A DNA stretch of 63,163 nt, counting the filler, from Octopus bimaculoides (Eukaryota), in assembly GCF_001194135.2 (NCBI RefSeq). It is 8 parts of 7 records of this genome, joined end to end, with 100 filler letters (N's around TTAATTAATTAA, not from the genome) between each part and the next. Parts side by side here need not be neighbours in the genome. Positions count along the whole stretch, not along the records: positions 20,889 to 30,792 come from NC_068986.1; positions 30,893 to 40,497 come from NC_068983.1; 6 more parts are not named here. One strand, 5' to 3'. The translations under genes were made by a program, and so were the position numbers. Position 1 is the first letter of the stretch, and each line of letters starts with the position of its first letter. Below, in pieces: positions 25,903 to 39,597 of this stretch. The notes under the pieces were generated by a model that did no database searches, was not told where the DNA came from, and worked only from the letters and a program-made list of their open reading frames with translations.

Positions 25903-25957
<55 letters not shown>

Positions 25958-26034
25958 CATACATATACATACATGAATAATTATATACATACACACACAC
26001 GCATATGTATATATATATGTCTATGTGTGTGTTT

Positions 26035-26215
26035 CTGTATGAATTTGTCGTCACCACCATCGCTTGACAACCGATTTTGGTGCGTTTACTTCCCGTAATT
26101 TAGCGGTTCGGCAAAAGAGACCGATAGAATAAGTACCGGGCTTACAAAGAATAAGTGCTGGGGTCGATTTCTTTGACTAAAAGGCGCAAAATGTCTGAAA
26201 CAAGTAAAAGAATAT
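26035..26215 (+). mobile_element. Unclassified interspersed repeat B (diverged copy at ~54375-54530)
   Basis: ttagcggttcggcaaaagagaccgatagaataagtacc...ctggggtcgat...ctgaaacaagtaaaaga has a homolog at 54375-54530. Confidence 0.7.
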
Positions 26216-26272
26216 AAACGAATATGTCCCTTACTAACCAGCTCACTTATTTTAGAACGCTGTGATCTAGAT

Positions 26273-28395
26273 CAGGCATAAGCAACCTTTTTCCATGTGC
26301 AGGCGGGATGATGTTTTCTCACCAAAGTCGCAGGTCAGAGCCCTAACTATAGACTTACAAAATATGTATACAAGTGATTATACAAGTATTTGTTTGATAA
26401 TATAAAAAGGATATTAAAATAAGAGTAAGAGCAAAACAATTTATTACTATAAAACAAATGTAGTTGAATCAGTGAAATAATTTATTCATTCTCATAGGGA
26501 GAAAATAGCCATGTAACATTATTCTAATGGGATATTTGGGGTTGATGTTTCTTCACCAACATCTCGATGTTTGAAGAAATGCTAGAGGTGGCTACTCTCA
26601 AGTTATTTTCAAAATGATTATCAGTTATTCTTGATCTTGCTTTTGGATTTAGTAGATTTCATTTTTGAGAATAGTTGCTCACATTTATATGTACTCTCAA
26701 AGAGTGACATTTTTCTCTAGCAAAATCCACGATCAAGGGGGTAATTTTCTCTAGGTAGGCTTTTATTATTAGTGAATGATCTCTCATTTCCCGTTTTAAA
26801 ATCTTCATTCCCCTGGAATTCAATTAATTCCATCTGTAATTCCTCGGGAGCCTGGTTAATATTGATATCAAAAGGTGAAGAAAATATATGTAGATTTGTT
26901 TCTTGTGATCTGAAATCTTGAAATCTATTATTGAATTTTTCGTTGATCAATTTTACCTCATCTGCATAAGAAGTACAATCGATTTTGCCATGAATTTACA
27001 ATGTTGGGAAATGGAATGTATTACAATTTCTGAGCTGTCATTTCCACAGTTGCATTTTGTTTTGAAGTGTTTTGATATGACTGTACGACTGATGAATGAA
27101 TAAGCCCTCTCCTTGCAATTTCAAATTAAGGACATTAAGATATAAAATAAAGTCAATAAGAAAAGCAAGATCACATATCCAGCCATCATCACTCAATTCA
27201 GGCATAGACTTTCTTTTCATTTCCATGAATGTAAAAATTTCACTCCTCAGATCATAAAATCGTTTCAGCATTTTTCCTTTGCTCAACCATCGCACCTCAC
27301 AATGGTAAACCAAATCTGCATACTCTGCCTCGATATCCTCAAGAAATTCTTTAAACTGGCGGTGGTTCAAATCTCGAGATTCTATAAAATTTATACTCGA
27401 AACAACCTTGGACATGATATGTTCAAATTTGAGTGACTTGGTGCACAAATTCTCCTGGTGAATCATGCAATGAAAAATGGATAAATCTTTTGTGTTTATA
27501 TTCATAGAAGCCAATTCTGATCTGATTTTAGAAACTAAGCCTGCTTAACTACCAACCATAGCAGGAGCACCATCTGTTGATAAACCATGAAGGTTTTGAA
27601 ATGTAGATTAAATCTGGCCATTAACATTTTCAATTCTTGAAAAATATCCTCCCCAGTGGTGGTATCTTTCATTCCCCGAAGACCAAGCATTTCTTCTGTG
27701 ATATTTAAATCTTCATCAATTCTACGTACAAAACCCGCAAGTTGGGCTGTATTTGACACGTCAGTGCTCTCATCAATAACTAAGGAAAAATATTTAAAAT
27801 GTGAAGAAAGTCTTTTCAAACCTAATTCTACAACACAAATTAATATTAGTTTCTACAAGACAAACTAATATTATCATTTTCTTTTTTTTTACCTGAACAA
27901 AAAATTTCAGCTACTGCTTGTAGGTATTCGTTTACAAATTCACCATCGGAATAATGTTTCGAATGTTTTGCAATTTTCTCGCTAATGATATAACTAGCAC
28001 AAATAATATTTTCGGTATCTTACGTCTCTTGACAAAATTGTCTGACACTCTTTCAAATCTTTTATCAAATTTTCAACTTTTTGTTTCCTACGTTGACCTT
28101 GAAAACTTTCATCATGAGACACGAGTGTTTGGAGATGTAGGGTCTTTTTATATTATATTCTTTAATGACAGAAACTGATTCTGAGCAGAGTAAACACACT
28201 GGTTTGTCTTTGATTTGTATGAAAAAATAATCATTGGTCCACTTTTCTTGGAACACTTGAGATTTGTTATCCACTTTTCTCTTTTTTGATGACGACATTT
28301 TAGGGTTGGATAATTCGAGGGAAAAATATAGATAGTGGTGATAAATAACGGAGCATATGTTTGAGTGTGAAATATAAACTTTGTATAAGGAAAAT
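26273..28395 (-). mobile_element. hAT-Charlie (SPIN/GTF2IRD2-like) transposon with disrupted transposase at 26524-28298
   Basis: MSSSKKRKVDN...FQEKW...PVCLLC (BED-like); FSLVIDESTDVS; HCMIHQENLC; EVRWLSKG; ends ...QISH*. TIR-like CAGGCATAAGCAACC at 26273, preceded by ATCTAGAT, which matches the Charlie NTCTAGAN target. Confidence 0.9.
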
Positions 28396-28429
28396 ACATA
28401 TTCCTTTTTATTATCAGTGGCTATGGCTT

Positions 28430-28700
28430 CCACCATACCGTGGGTTCTTATTTCTTTGTCCTTGGGATTATGGTGTGAGTGATATCTTCGGTGTTAACTC
28501 CACAAAGTTTGCATCGGTTGTCATATTTTGCTGCTTTTTCTGCATCTCTGTCCCTTTGTGCATCAGCTTTTTAATTAATATTTCATGTTCCTAGATTGCA
28601 AACGCATACTCTCTGACGTTGCAGTTTTGTTTATTAACAACTGCTCGGCACATCCCCAGATTCCCTTTTTCCCTGATGCTTGTCCCCAAAGGTGGTCCAT
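28430..28700 (-). pseudogene. R4/Dong-like (RLE-type) LINE fragments joined by a deletion
   Basis: GKKGIWGCAEQLLINKT (RT region) and KYDNRCKLCGVNTEDITH (zinc knuckle) on the minus strand. Confidence 0.6.
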
Positions 28701-29778
28701 TCCCGGGATTTAAACAACAGAATCAAAGAGATTGTGATTTAAATTTTTAACCTCCACCCAGCACCAATCGGTCCGTGCGTGTGAATGTGTGTGTGTGTGT
28801 GCGCGCGTGTGCATGGAAAAGATTTACTCACAGAAAGCTATGCTATTAAAATATATTATCTTTTCCATATCTTTTTAAATTCATGCTGTCACCCTAATAA
28901 AATTCCGTACACATGCATTCACACGCTGACAGACAGACAGACAGACACACACACACACACACACACTCATTCACACACACTCACGCACACACACATTCAT
29001 TCACACCCACTCACGCACGCACACACACACACTCACGCATGCACACACACACACATACACACACACGCACGTATGCATACGCGCGCACACACTCACGGAC
29101 GCATGCATGCACACACACACACACACACACACAAAAGATTATTCCACTTGAAGGGAAATCGCAAATTATAATAAGCATTTTCCTATGATTGTTTTTTTTC
29201 TATTGCTAACAACATCTTCAGAATTGACTTGTCACAGACCTAGCTCACCTCTTCGTCTCTTCCCTTCTCATCACCTCTATTGTGTATTTCTCCCTCTTAA
29301 GTACTAAACTAACCACTTCATATAATCGTTTCTTAGAAAAAGCCACTCACCGGAATTCCCGTAGTATTCACATTATTTCATCTGCTGACAGCGACTTCTC
29401 ATAAACCACATCAACATAGCCTGATTGACAGAGAAGTCCCTCATTTATTCCTTTCTAAACCATACATACCAGTAAATTTAAACTCAGTTTTAATGGGGTT
29501 ACCATAATTTACTAAAATCATAATTGATATTGTTCCCTTTGTTGTTTAAACGCAGGTTAGCTTTGCTCAAGTATTCTTATGATGCAAAGCATTCTAGTTG
29601 TGTCCATCTCATTATTCTTTCATGCATTATATATCTATTTTAGGACTGCGAGTTGCCCGAGTTAGAGCAACGAGATTTGCATTCTGAAGGTAGCACTAGC
29701 GACATCAGTACATTATTATTTTTTTGGGGGGGGGGAAGAGCTGTGCTGACGGCTCTATGTAGGCACTATGAGAATGGT

Positions 29779-30157
29779 TGTTGTTGTTGGCACTCCGTCG
29801 CTTACGACGTCGAGGGTTCCACTTGATTTGATCAACGGAACAGCCTGCTCGTGAAATTAACGTGCAAGTGGCTGAGCACTCCACAGACACGTGTACCCTT
29901 AACGTACTTCTCGGGGATATTCAGCGTGACACTGTGTGACAAGGCTGACCCTTTGAATTACAGGTACAACAGAAATAGGAAGAAAGAGTGAGAGAAAGTT
30001 GTGGTGGAAGAGTACAGCAGGGTTCGCCACCATCCCTGCCATGGAACTTAATGTGTTTTCGCTCAATAAACACTCACAACGCCCGGTCTGGGAATCGAAA
30101 CCGCGATCCTATGACTGCGAGTCCGCTGCCCTAACCACTGGGCCATTGCGCCTCCAC
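29779..30157 (-). mobile_element. Full-length tRNA(Arg)-derived SINE (OR-type) with (AAC)n tail and 11-bp TSD
   Basis: Head GTGGAGGCGCAATGGCCCAGTGGTTAGGGCAGCGGACTCGC...GGTTTCGATTCCC. TSD ATGAGAATGGT at 29768-29778 and 30158-30168. Confidence 0.92.
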
Positions 30158-30489
30158 ATGAGAATGGTGCAGGAAGGAGGATACTATCAGCTGAAAACCA
30201 GGTCCATATGTATGTATGTATGTATGTATGCATGCTTGCATAAATACATACTCATTTCTTTTTTAAAATTTTAACCAGAAACTGCAGCTATGCTGGAGCT
30301 CTACCTCGAAGGCTTTAGTCGCAGAAATCAACCTCAGCACATATTTTTAAAGTCTGCTACGCATTCCATGAACTTTTTCTTTTCCCAAATCACTAAGTTA
30401 CGGAGACATAAACAAACAAACACCGGTTGTGAAGCAGTGGTTGCAAGACAAACAGAAGCAGAAAGATCTATCTATCTATCTATCTATCT

Positions 30490-30792
30490 ATCTAAGAACT
30501 GGGACGAAATCACCAGTAGAGTAATCAAACTCAGCCAAACATGGGCCGAGAGAAAGTTATCTCTAAAAGGTCGGGCGGAGGTGGCTAATGCGTATATCGC
30601 ATCAGTCATTGATTACCGCCTGACCGTCGTACCTTGTCCCAATGCCACCATCACGAAACTAGAACGCATACTCTTCCGCTTTCTGTGGAAGGGTGGCTTT
30701 CCGATGGTGAGGCGATCCATTTGCTGTCAACAACCGTTACATGGAGGACTGGGGATGCCGTGGTTAATGATGCGCAGACATGCGCTGAGACT
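30490..30792 (+). pseudogene. Tx1/L1-clade ORF2 fragment (post-RT region), open frame to the gap
   Basis: WAERKLSLKGRAEVANAYIASVIDYRLTVVPCP...LFRFLWKG...GGLGMP is characteristic of Tx1 ORF2. Confidence 0.85.
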
Positions 30793-30932
30793 NNNNNNNN
30801 NNNNNNNNNNNNNNNNNNNNNNNNNNNNNNNNNNNNTTAATTAATTAANNNNNNNNNNNNNNNNNNNNNNNNNNNNNNNNNNNNNNNNNNNNATATATAT
30901 ATATATATATATATAACCTATAAATATATGCG

Positions 30933-30984
<52 letters not shown>

Positions 30985-31946
30985 CAGAAATACAAACATA
31001 CATACATGCACATATACACATCCGTCAGAGTGAAGTTAAAATATAACATGTTATGCCTTGGTTAGTTCAAAAGCACATGCGTTTCATATTCAAAGTAGCG
31101 GAAGCATAATTCAACTCACAATATGCATTGTTTTCCCATTACTATGTGTTTACTGAAGGGTTACGTGTAGAAGGAAGTATTTAAAATGTATTCAAAGGAT
31201 GTATTTCTAGTTTGAAAAATGAGCCAAAACCAAATAATGGATTTGTAAAGACATTTTTGAAATTGTATGCAGCTAATCAATGATTGTTTAATATAACCCA
31301 ATCAATGTTTTGCATACTGTTCTCTTTCTCTGTGAGTCTCCCTTCCTCAACCCTATGCTTCTTTAATTCTCGGTTTCTCTCTATAAATTATGTAGGTTGC
31401 ATTCGTTTATATAACCGTGTGTGTACGTGTGTTTCCATACATATGTATATGCATGCCTGTATATTCCTATGTGTATATTTAAAATATACGTAGAAATATG
31501 ATTATGTATATCTTCACACAGCCATAGGCATGTCCATGTGTGTGTATTTTGTCCGGTTTCGATCATATATGCTCATACTACATAAAATACAGTTGTTTAA
31601 GCCTAGGACTTAATGTACAGCAGTTTGAAATCAGGAAAAAAGACAATGAACATTAAGTTGACAGAGTCGTGCGTCTCCATACAGAAATCAACCAACCGGA
31701 ACTCTGGACGAACGTCTCAAAAGAAAACATGTTACCAAGTTACTAACGTTTGCAGAAGAATCAACCAACCTGAACACTGCATCAGTACTGATCAAAACCA
31801 TATGATCAAATCAGTCGATAAGTAAATGACATCATCAGGAATTCAACTAGAACACTGGCTTGTGTAAATCAAACTCTTAAACAACAGGCGGACAAACCAA
31901 GTTACGTCAATAAACTTACAGCCATTAAGTACTTGATCCTGTAGCT

Positions 31947-31977
<31 letters not shown>

Positions 31978-32130
31978 CTCCGTGTTTTTCTCCTTGTCTC
32001 CGTATTCTTTCTGTTGAAGAGCGTAGCTCGAAACGTCAAAGACTTTCCGTATTCCCGAGCGTCATACTAATATATAATTTTGTTATTTACACCACCTGTC
32101 CTCGTCTGTTGTTATTTTTTGTATATTCTC

Positions 32131-32132
<2 letters not shown>
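31978..32132 (+). mobile_element. Hammerhead-like repeat copy 2 (motif 32006-32042), embedded in (TA)n
   Basis: TCTTT-CTGTTGA-A-GAGC(GTA)GCTC-GAAAC-GTC-AAAGA. 153/155 identical to 57440-57594. Confidence 0.8.
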
Positions 32133-32183
<51 letters not shown>

Positions 32184-33085
32184 ATATACTAGATAATATC
32201 AGCTTAAAAAAGATAAAGCTCCTACCAGCAACACCAGCACGAAGAATCCTCTTTCATGTCCTCAGAAACTTTGAAAAAATCTCTTCTGTTTTGTCTCAAT
32301 CTTTTAAAAAAAATGTCTCGTATCAAATTGTTTCTATCATATATGACTGATATGATATTCCTCGTACATTTCAAATTACATTACTGTCAATGAATTGAAT
32401 TTATTGTATATTGGAATTTTTGCGGAAATTTCCCTTTTAAGCATCGTTTCCCAATTTTCCCTAATACCTTCAATCTCATTTATTTTTAGTTATCACTGAT
32501 AAAAATATTAGGCGCAGATATGCATACATGTACCTATGTGTGACCATGTCTATAGGCATATTTTTATGACGGTTTGTAGATGCATAAACGTTCTTTATGT
32601 GTGTGAATGTGTGTTTCTTGTTTATATCCGTATTAGTGCATGATTGCGCCGATATGATTACGTTTTATCTACGTAAGAATTGCATGCGTGGATTTCTTAA
32701 AAATATACATTGGGAAAGAGGTCATTTTTAACTGAATAAGTAGAAATTAAAAAGTTACTGAAAAACATTGTAAGATCAGCATATATTTGAAAACCAGTGC
32801 TGTGGCGAGAGGAATTATCAACCCTGTGGGATTGGAAGAAGGGACTAATCGATCTCTTATAAAGAGTAGCGCATTAGTTAGGACGAGCAAAGTCGTATAG
32901 ATCCTTGAGAGTTTATATTTATTAGAGTATCATGTTTAGTGGAGTACTTTGAAATACGTCGAGTAACGACAGTTTTGTCTATTCCCGATTCGTGAAATCC
33001 ATATATCCAACATAGAGATTGGTACAAAAGTAGCACGAGGATATTCTCTAATAAAATTGATGACGTAGATATCCGATTATAAAGG

Positions 33086-33627
33086 TGGCGAGGAGTTTAT
33101 TCGCAGCTTGCGTCAGACGTTAACATTTTCTTTTGATGCAGAATCAAAGAAAATTTAGTTAATATAGAAAACATATTAGCCTCCGTGGTGCAGTTTCAAC
33201 ATCATCAACAGTTACAGCAGCAAATGAAACAACAACACCAGCAAGAACAACAATACCAACCCTAGCTGGAAGTAGTACTGAAGCCCCAAAATACATCATA
33301 CCCCTTCTTGCTAGACAGCGTTGCAAACTCGGTTGCAGAATTTAGCTATAAGCTAGAAGAAGGTATTTACTTTTTCTGCATATATCCTAAGATATGAAGA
33401 AATCTTCAAAGAGGAATGCAAAATTTTGACGGACAATATTTAAGAAAATTTTACCCTGCTGAATACGAAAAATACTGTAAGTATATTTTGAAAAAAAAAA
33501 ATGTGAAATTTGTTTCTATGTAACAATTAAATATTTATCGGAAATTTTGAGACAAAAGTTTCCTGTTCAATACTCGCTGGGATCTTTTGAGTTTAGTAAA
33601 GGAAGATTATGAAGATTTCATCAAAGT

Positions 33628-33660
<33 letters not shown>

Positions 33661-33910
33661 TAATATCTGATTTGTCGTTAGCTCACTTCGATCCGATCCT
33701 GCAGCAATGATTGTTGTAGCTTCAGACGCTTCTGTGTATGGAATAGGACCGTTAAGTTTACATAAATATAAAGATGGTCACATAAAGGTAGTAGTTCATC
33801 CTCTGATATGAGCAGAAATATCGTTCTCTAATATCAGCAGAAAAAAAAAATCTAGTGAAATCGAAATGAAAGCTCTATCGATCATTTTTGCGAGGAAAAA
33901 AAAAATCACG
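33086..33910 (+). pseudogene. Degenerate Gypsy LTR retrotransposon (PBS-like, gag remnant, RNase H remnant)
   Basis: TGGCGAGGAG at 33086; SVANSVAEFSYKLEEG...RYEEIFKEEC...PAEYEKYCKYIL; SLAHFDP...VASDASVYGIG...EALSIIF. Confidence 0.75.
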
Positions 33911-33939
33911 ATATTATTAAACTGCAATTTGAAGATGCA

Positions 33940-34975
33940 ATATATAACATTCGTGGTTCTTCTTTGCTTTACAATGCTTCTCTGCTGTCCATCGATTTTT
34001 TGCGATGGCTGAAAAGAAGGAACATCGTGCTACCGGGTAATTCAGTTTTCTACTAGAGAAAACGGCGGCGGAAACAATTTCCATACTGTGTACAGCTTAC
34101 AAGGTCGCTGCCATAAGCAAAACATAATTTTACGACTGATTTCGGTATTTTGGGAAGGGTCACATGTCTTGAAAACTAACCTCGTTTGCAGCTATCGTCA
34201 AACTCACGATGGAATAAAGGTATCTCGAAATTTACTTCCTAATCTCATCTTTTATGATCGTCGCCGAACAACTGGCGAATTGTTGATATAACTGGGGTGC
34301 CGTTGAGCTCTTCTCAACGAATTTTGATCAAAATTTATGTCTCAATTGCTCCTGAATGATCAGAAGTAGTGATGACTGTATATGTCATGAACTGAATGAA
34401 CCGTGTGAAATTGAACCAGATCTTTTCTCGAAGCACACCACTAGTGAAGAATGTTCGTGTCACGGCTACGATCTGGAAATGAAGCAGCAATCAAGTCAAT
34501 GGAAACATTCACAGTCACCACTCCCCCAAAACTGCGTTAAGTGAAGTTGAATGTCAAGACGATGCTGATTTCTGTGCACACAGAATTTGTTGCTCCGATT
34601 TAAACTGTTCACCAGACATTTTACTTGAAATTTCTGGAGAGTTTGCGAGCCATGGCGACACGAAAACGCCACGATTAGTGGCAACGTGGAGAGCGGTGTT
34701 TTAAACATTGCAATGCACCTTCGCACTCACCTTCAATGTGAGACAGTTTTTGAGCAAACATTGTATGTTCCGTTTACCCAGCCTCCCTATTCACTGGATC
34801 GTATTCCCTGCAACGTTGTTTTCGTTCTACCGAAAGAAGAAGGTATTATCAGCTGTGGAGGAGTTGCAGTAAAAACCACACAGGCGTCAAAGTTATCATT
34901 TCGTAAGTGTACTACGACTGCTTGGAACACTACAAAATGCATCTGGTCTGATGCATTTCTTCAAATGGAGAATTA
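33940..34975 (+). pseudogene. Mariner (DD34D-type) transposon remnant
   Basis: MAEKKEHRA...KTAAETI; GYDLEMKQQSSQWKHSQSP; QPPYSLDRIPCN. Many frameshifts. Confidence 0.8.
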
Positions 34976-35094
34976 ATTGAAAACAATAAATGTGTAAACG
35001 TGTAAAACTAAATGAATAAAATGATACTGCATGATTCCCGTCTCCGTTAGGTACATACACTCACAACCCTTTATACACATATATGTATATATAT

Positions 35095-35127
<33 letters not shown>

Positions 35128-37891
35128 CGTGTGCATGCGTGTGCGTGTGTCTGTCTGAGTGTGTTTGTATACAGAGAGAGAGAGAGAGAGAAAACAGATA
35201 TAGATAGATTGATATACAGACAAAAAGGGATCCCACATCACTAACTACAATAAGATTGATGGTCACGTACATTATGGCACATTTGTAAACTCCTGCAAAG
35301 GTGTATGTTTACAGAGACAAACTTATATAACAAAAAGGGACAAATGCAACTTGCGTGACACGTTTCTGTTATTTCCGTTTTATTTCGTTAAGACTGCAAC
35401 ATATTGTAGTCAGTCATTGATGAATAAGTTTAGTATTTTTCAGATATTTTGCTAAGACAATTTATTCGTCATTTATTCAAAAGTTTGTCGCGAACACACG
35501 CAATCGCGAAAAGAAAACGAAATATCAACTACTAACAGTAGTTAGTGACTTTGAATGTGAATGGTGATTATTCCAAGAATTTAAATCTAAATTCAATGTT
35601 CCACATGAGAAATTATTTTCAGTCATACTCGATTCAGAATTAATCTTTGAATAGTCTGTTTGCACATCAATTCGCCTCACCATCAGACAATTGTCCTTTC
35701 TCATCCCTGATCATATATGACTATATGCCACAAGGCATTTATATATTGAGTATTTGCTTAGAGTGCGTTTGTAAATAAATCTTACAGGAATTATAAACGA
35801 AATAGCAGGTTATTATATGCGTGTTCATGTACGTTTGTGTGCGCATGCGTGTATGTGGGTATGTATTTCTGTGTGCGTGGGTGTGTGTGAGTGTATTTTG
35901 TGTGTGTGCCCGTCTGTTTCTGCGAATGTCGGCATGAATGTATCTTTAAGGATGTATATGATTAGCATTATTATACGCATTTTCTGTAAAGGTATTCGAA
36001 ATTTGTTTTTCTTATACTTTTAAATATATGCCAGATTATATCTTCGGATTGCATTTTCCGAGGTGCATATTTTTAGATAAGTGCTTCTTGTTTTAATAAT
36101 TAACTAATTAATTAATCAATAAATTAGAGAGCATTCTTTATTTAAATAGCTTGTTGTAATAAAATTACAATATAACTCGAGCGATTAAGCAATCAGAGAC
36201 ACAAATGAATCGCTAATTAAATTGTTAATTTAAACAATGCCTTACACGCCAATATTACATTGGTTAATTGAACAATATCACAGTTGTAGTCAGCATGACA
36301 GGTGAGAAGATACTGGGCGTTTCTTCGACCTGTTAGAAATCTAAGCCATATCAGAGGTAATTATATCCTACCCTCTGAATATAGAAAGCCCTTTAGCTTA
36401 CAGCCGTTTTATAGGAAATAAAGCAGCATAAAATATATTCTCCGTACAGCTTAATCGTTGAAACTTGTACATTGTCTAATTCTTATATAAAACTACATGC
36501 TGTCATGCTAATATTAATACAAAATATAACAACACTACTATAGCAATCGGGTGATTTCCTTTTATTATTTATTTTAATATTGCTAAGTAATTGAAATCGC
36601 TATCATTGGAATGTGCGAGATACAAAATCGAGATGCTTGAATAGTTCGCACCCACTCCAACATGTTTTCACTCACATTACTTTCCGATATCATTCTAACC
36701 TCTAAAAACTGACAGTATCTCTAGAAAATTTTATGAAAATCTACCATTTTTTTTTTTTTTAAATTATACATAATTCCTTCCCATCTTCCCCAAATAGTTG
36801 ACACAACGTATTCCCAAACAATAGTAATCTACGAAATCTAAAACTTACTTGTAGTAAATTTCCTTTAAAAACAAAAGCAGATGGGGGGGTGGAGTTCCCT
36901 AATTAGGGCAAACGATATAAGAAACGCCATAAACTTATTTCGCCGTGCATAATGATTATCATCCAGAGAATTGCAATTATTCATTCCTGAATTAATCGTA
37001 TAGCAGAAATGTTCAATCATATCAAAGACAATGGAAATGAATATTTATTTTTTATAAATGCACTAAATTTGAAATNNNNNNNNNNNNNNNNNNNNNNNNN
37101 NNNNNNNNNNNNNNNNNNNNNNNNNNNNNNNNNNNNNNNNNNNNNNNNNNNNNNNNNNNNNNNNNNNNNNNNNNNNNNNNNNNNNNNNNNNNNNNNNNNN
37201 NNNNNNNNNNNNNNNNNNNNNNNNNNNNNNNNNNNNNNNNNNNNNNNNNNNNNNNNNNNNNNNNNNNNNNNNNNNNNNNNNNNNNNNNNNNNNNNNNNNN
37301 NNNNNNNNNNNNNNNNNNNNNNNNNNNNNNNNNNNNNNNNNNNNNNNNNNNNNNNNNNNNNNNNNNNNNNNNNNNNNNNNNNNNNNNNNNATATACATAT
37401 GTGTAGGTGTGTGTGTGTATTTGTGTGTATGTGTGTGTCTGTGTGTGTCTGTTGCCGCAGGAACCGAAATTTAGTATACGTCCTATATCTCTCAATGTTT
37501 GTGCGTGTGTTCACCCACGCTCCTGCCATCGTAGTTGTTCTTATTGATGTTATTGTCATCATTATACAGTGTCCATCTCGAAATACAACAATATCTGTAT
37601 TGATACACGATTTCGCCTCAGGAATCTTGCAAAACAAATTCATAAACGTATATATATATATATATATGTGTATGTATGCATGCATATATGTATGTATATG
37701 CTTATATGCAGATATTTTCCATATGTACATGTCATTACCTTACAGTAGCTTTGATTCTTGGTCCCAAACAAATCATCGAAATAATACCAGTTTTTCTTAA
37801 TTCACATTATTGGTTAGAAACGTGTACAATTATATAGATATATGAACACGTGCACAAGGAAGCACACACATACACACGCATACAAACACAG

Positions 37892-37929
<38 letters not shown>

Positions 37930-39436
37930 AGTTTAGTGAATGGTCGCCAGAAAGGAAACAAACTTGATGGGTCGTATTTTAAAACATGTATTACTTTAAA
38001 GCTGATTAACGCTTGAAGAGGAGAAAATGTAATTCATGATAATGTGTTGGAATTAATTTACCCATAATATATACCATTAAGGCAAGAATACAATTGTTTT
38101 CTCGTTAATTTGTCAACTCTTACCTCATTTTGATCTCTCGACGCATACGCCTTCATCTATAATACAGAGATAGGTAAAAAGTATCTTCGTCCAGACGTTT
38201 AATGCATTGCCTTAAAGTGCATAAATATATCCTTACGCAGTGTTTTCGCTCAAAGCATAATCGACTGCATACCTTCTGGCATACACACGTGGTCGTACTA
38301 ATAAATAATAAGTATTTTTTCTCCGATTGATGACATAGAATTTTCTGTGACCTGCAAGATACTATTTTAGTAGATGGGCAGAAGGACAGTTCTTACTGTA
38401 GTTAGAATACAATATCCAGTCATAGAATTTTGATGAACAATTCCTGAATTTAAGAGGAGGAATTCTTCAATTCCTGAATGAGATAGTATATAACAAAAAA
38501 TAAATGTGTACGCATTTCTTGTCTGAACATTTAGCACATCTACGTAGATAATATATTTAGTCATGCAGATACATTTCCCTATGCTTAACATCTAGTAACC
38601 AAAATCCATTCTCGTACTTTTTCTCATCGTCTATTTGATTACAACCTCGATTTGAATAGATAATCTTCCTTAAAATATACTCTAAGGCCTAATATAGAAG
38701 CGGCTAAAGAAATAATTGGTCAAATGTCGGAAGAGAAATTGCACAACTAAAAACGATTAATGGGAAAAGAACAAAGAAACCAATAAGTTATAGTCAGCTA
38801 CCGCTAACACCAAAGTTGTAAATTTTTCAACAAGCATGTAATGGTCTTCGAAAATTAGAGAGGTTCTCTCCTTTGAGATTGGAAATTTCCATTTGTGGCG
38901 ATTTAGTGTCAATTTCAACTGCAATCGAAATAAATTAGAAGTTTAAAAACAGAGAGGAAAATTTATAGTTCATTGAAATCTAAGGCTCAATGTTTGAAAA
39001 CAAAGAAATGATATTAAAAAATGATACACACGAACACTATCAACAGTATAATCATATTTGATTAGAACAGTTTCCAGTTTGTATTACATCGATATTAACA
39101 CTGAATCAATTGCATAGCAGAAGAGTGTGGAACACATAATTTAGAGTAACAAAAGGAAATAGAAAAAAATGAACCATTTTAAAGCTTTTTTCTAATAAAA
39201 TGTTATTCTCATGGAAACTATCAACATGAATCACATTTATAAAATCCTTCTCAACAGCAAAGCAGCATCTAATAATTCAAAATATTCTGAAACAGCTTCA
39301 TCCACATGGACTCGTTCATATTATGAATACAGTCTGAATCACTGGTAGTTGTATGCTGACACTGCATACATTTACCTACCCACATTTCCCCTGTATGTAT
39401 GTGTGTGTGTATGCCCGCATGTGTGTGTTTGAACAA

Positions 39437-39468
<32 letters not shown>

Positions 39469-39506
39469 CTATACACATGCACACACACACACACACGCAC
39501 ACACAC

Positions 39507-39597
<91 letters not shown>

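Noticed and set aside
25715-26215. Hammerhead repeat and repeat B as one composite element
   Set aside because: They are neighbours twice (25.7-26.2 kb and 54.4-54.7 kb), but in different order and orientation.
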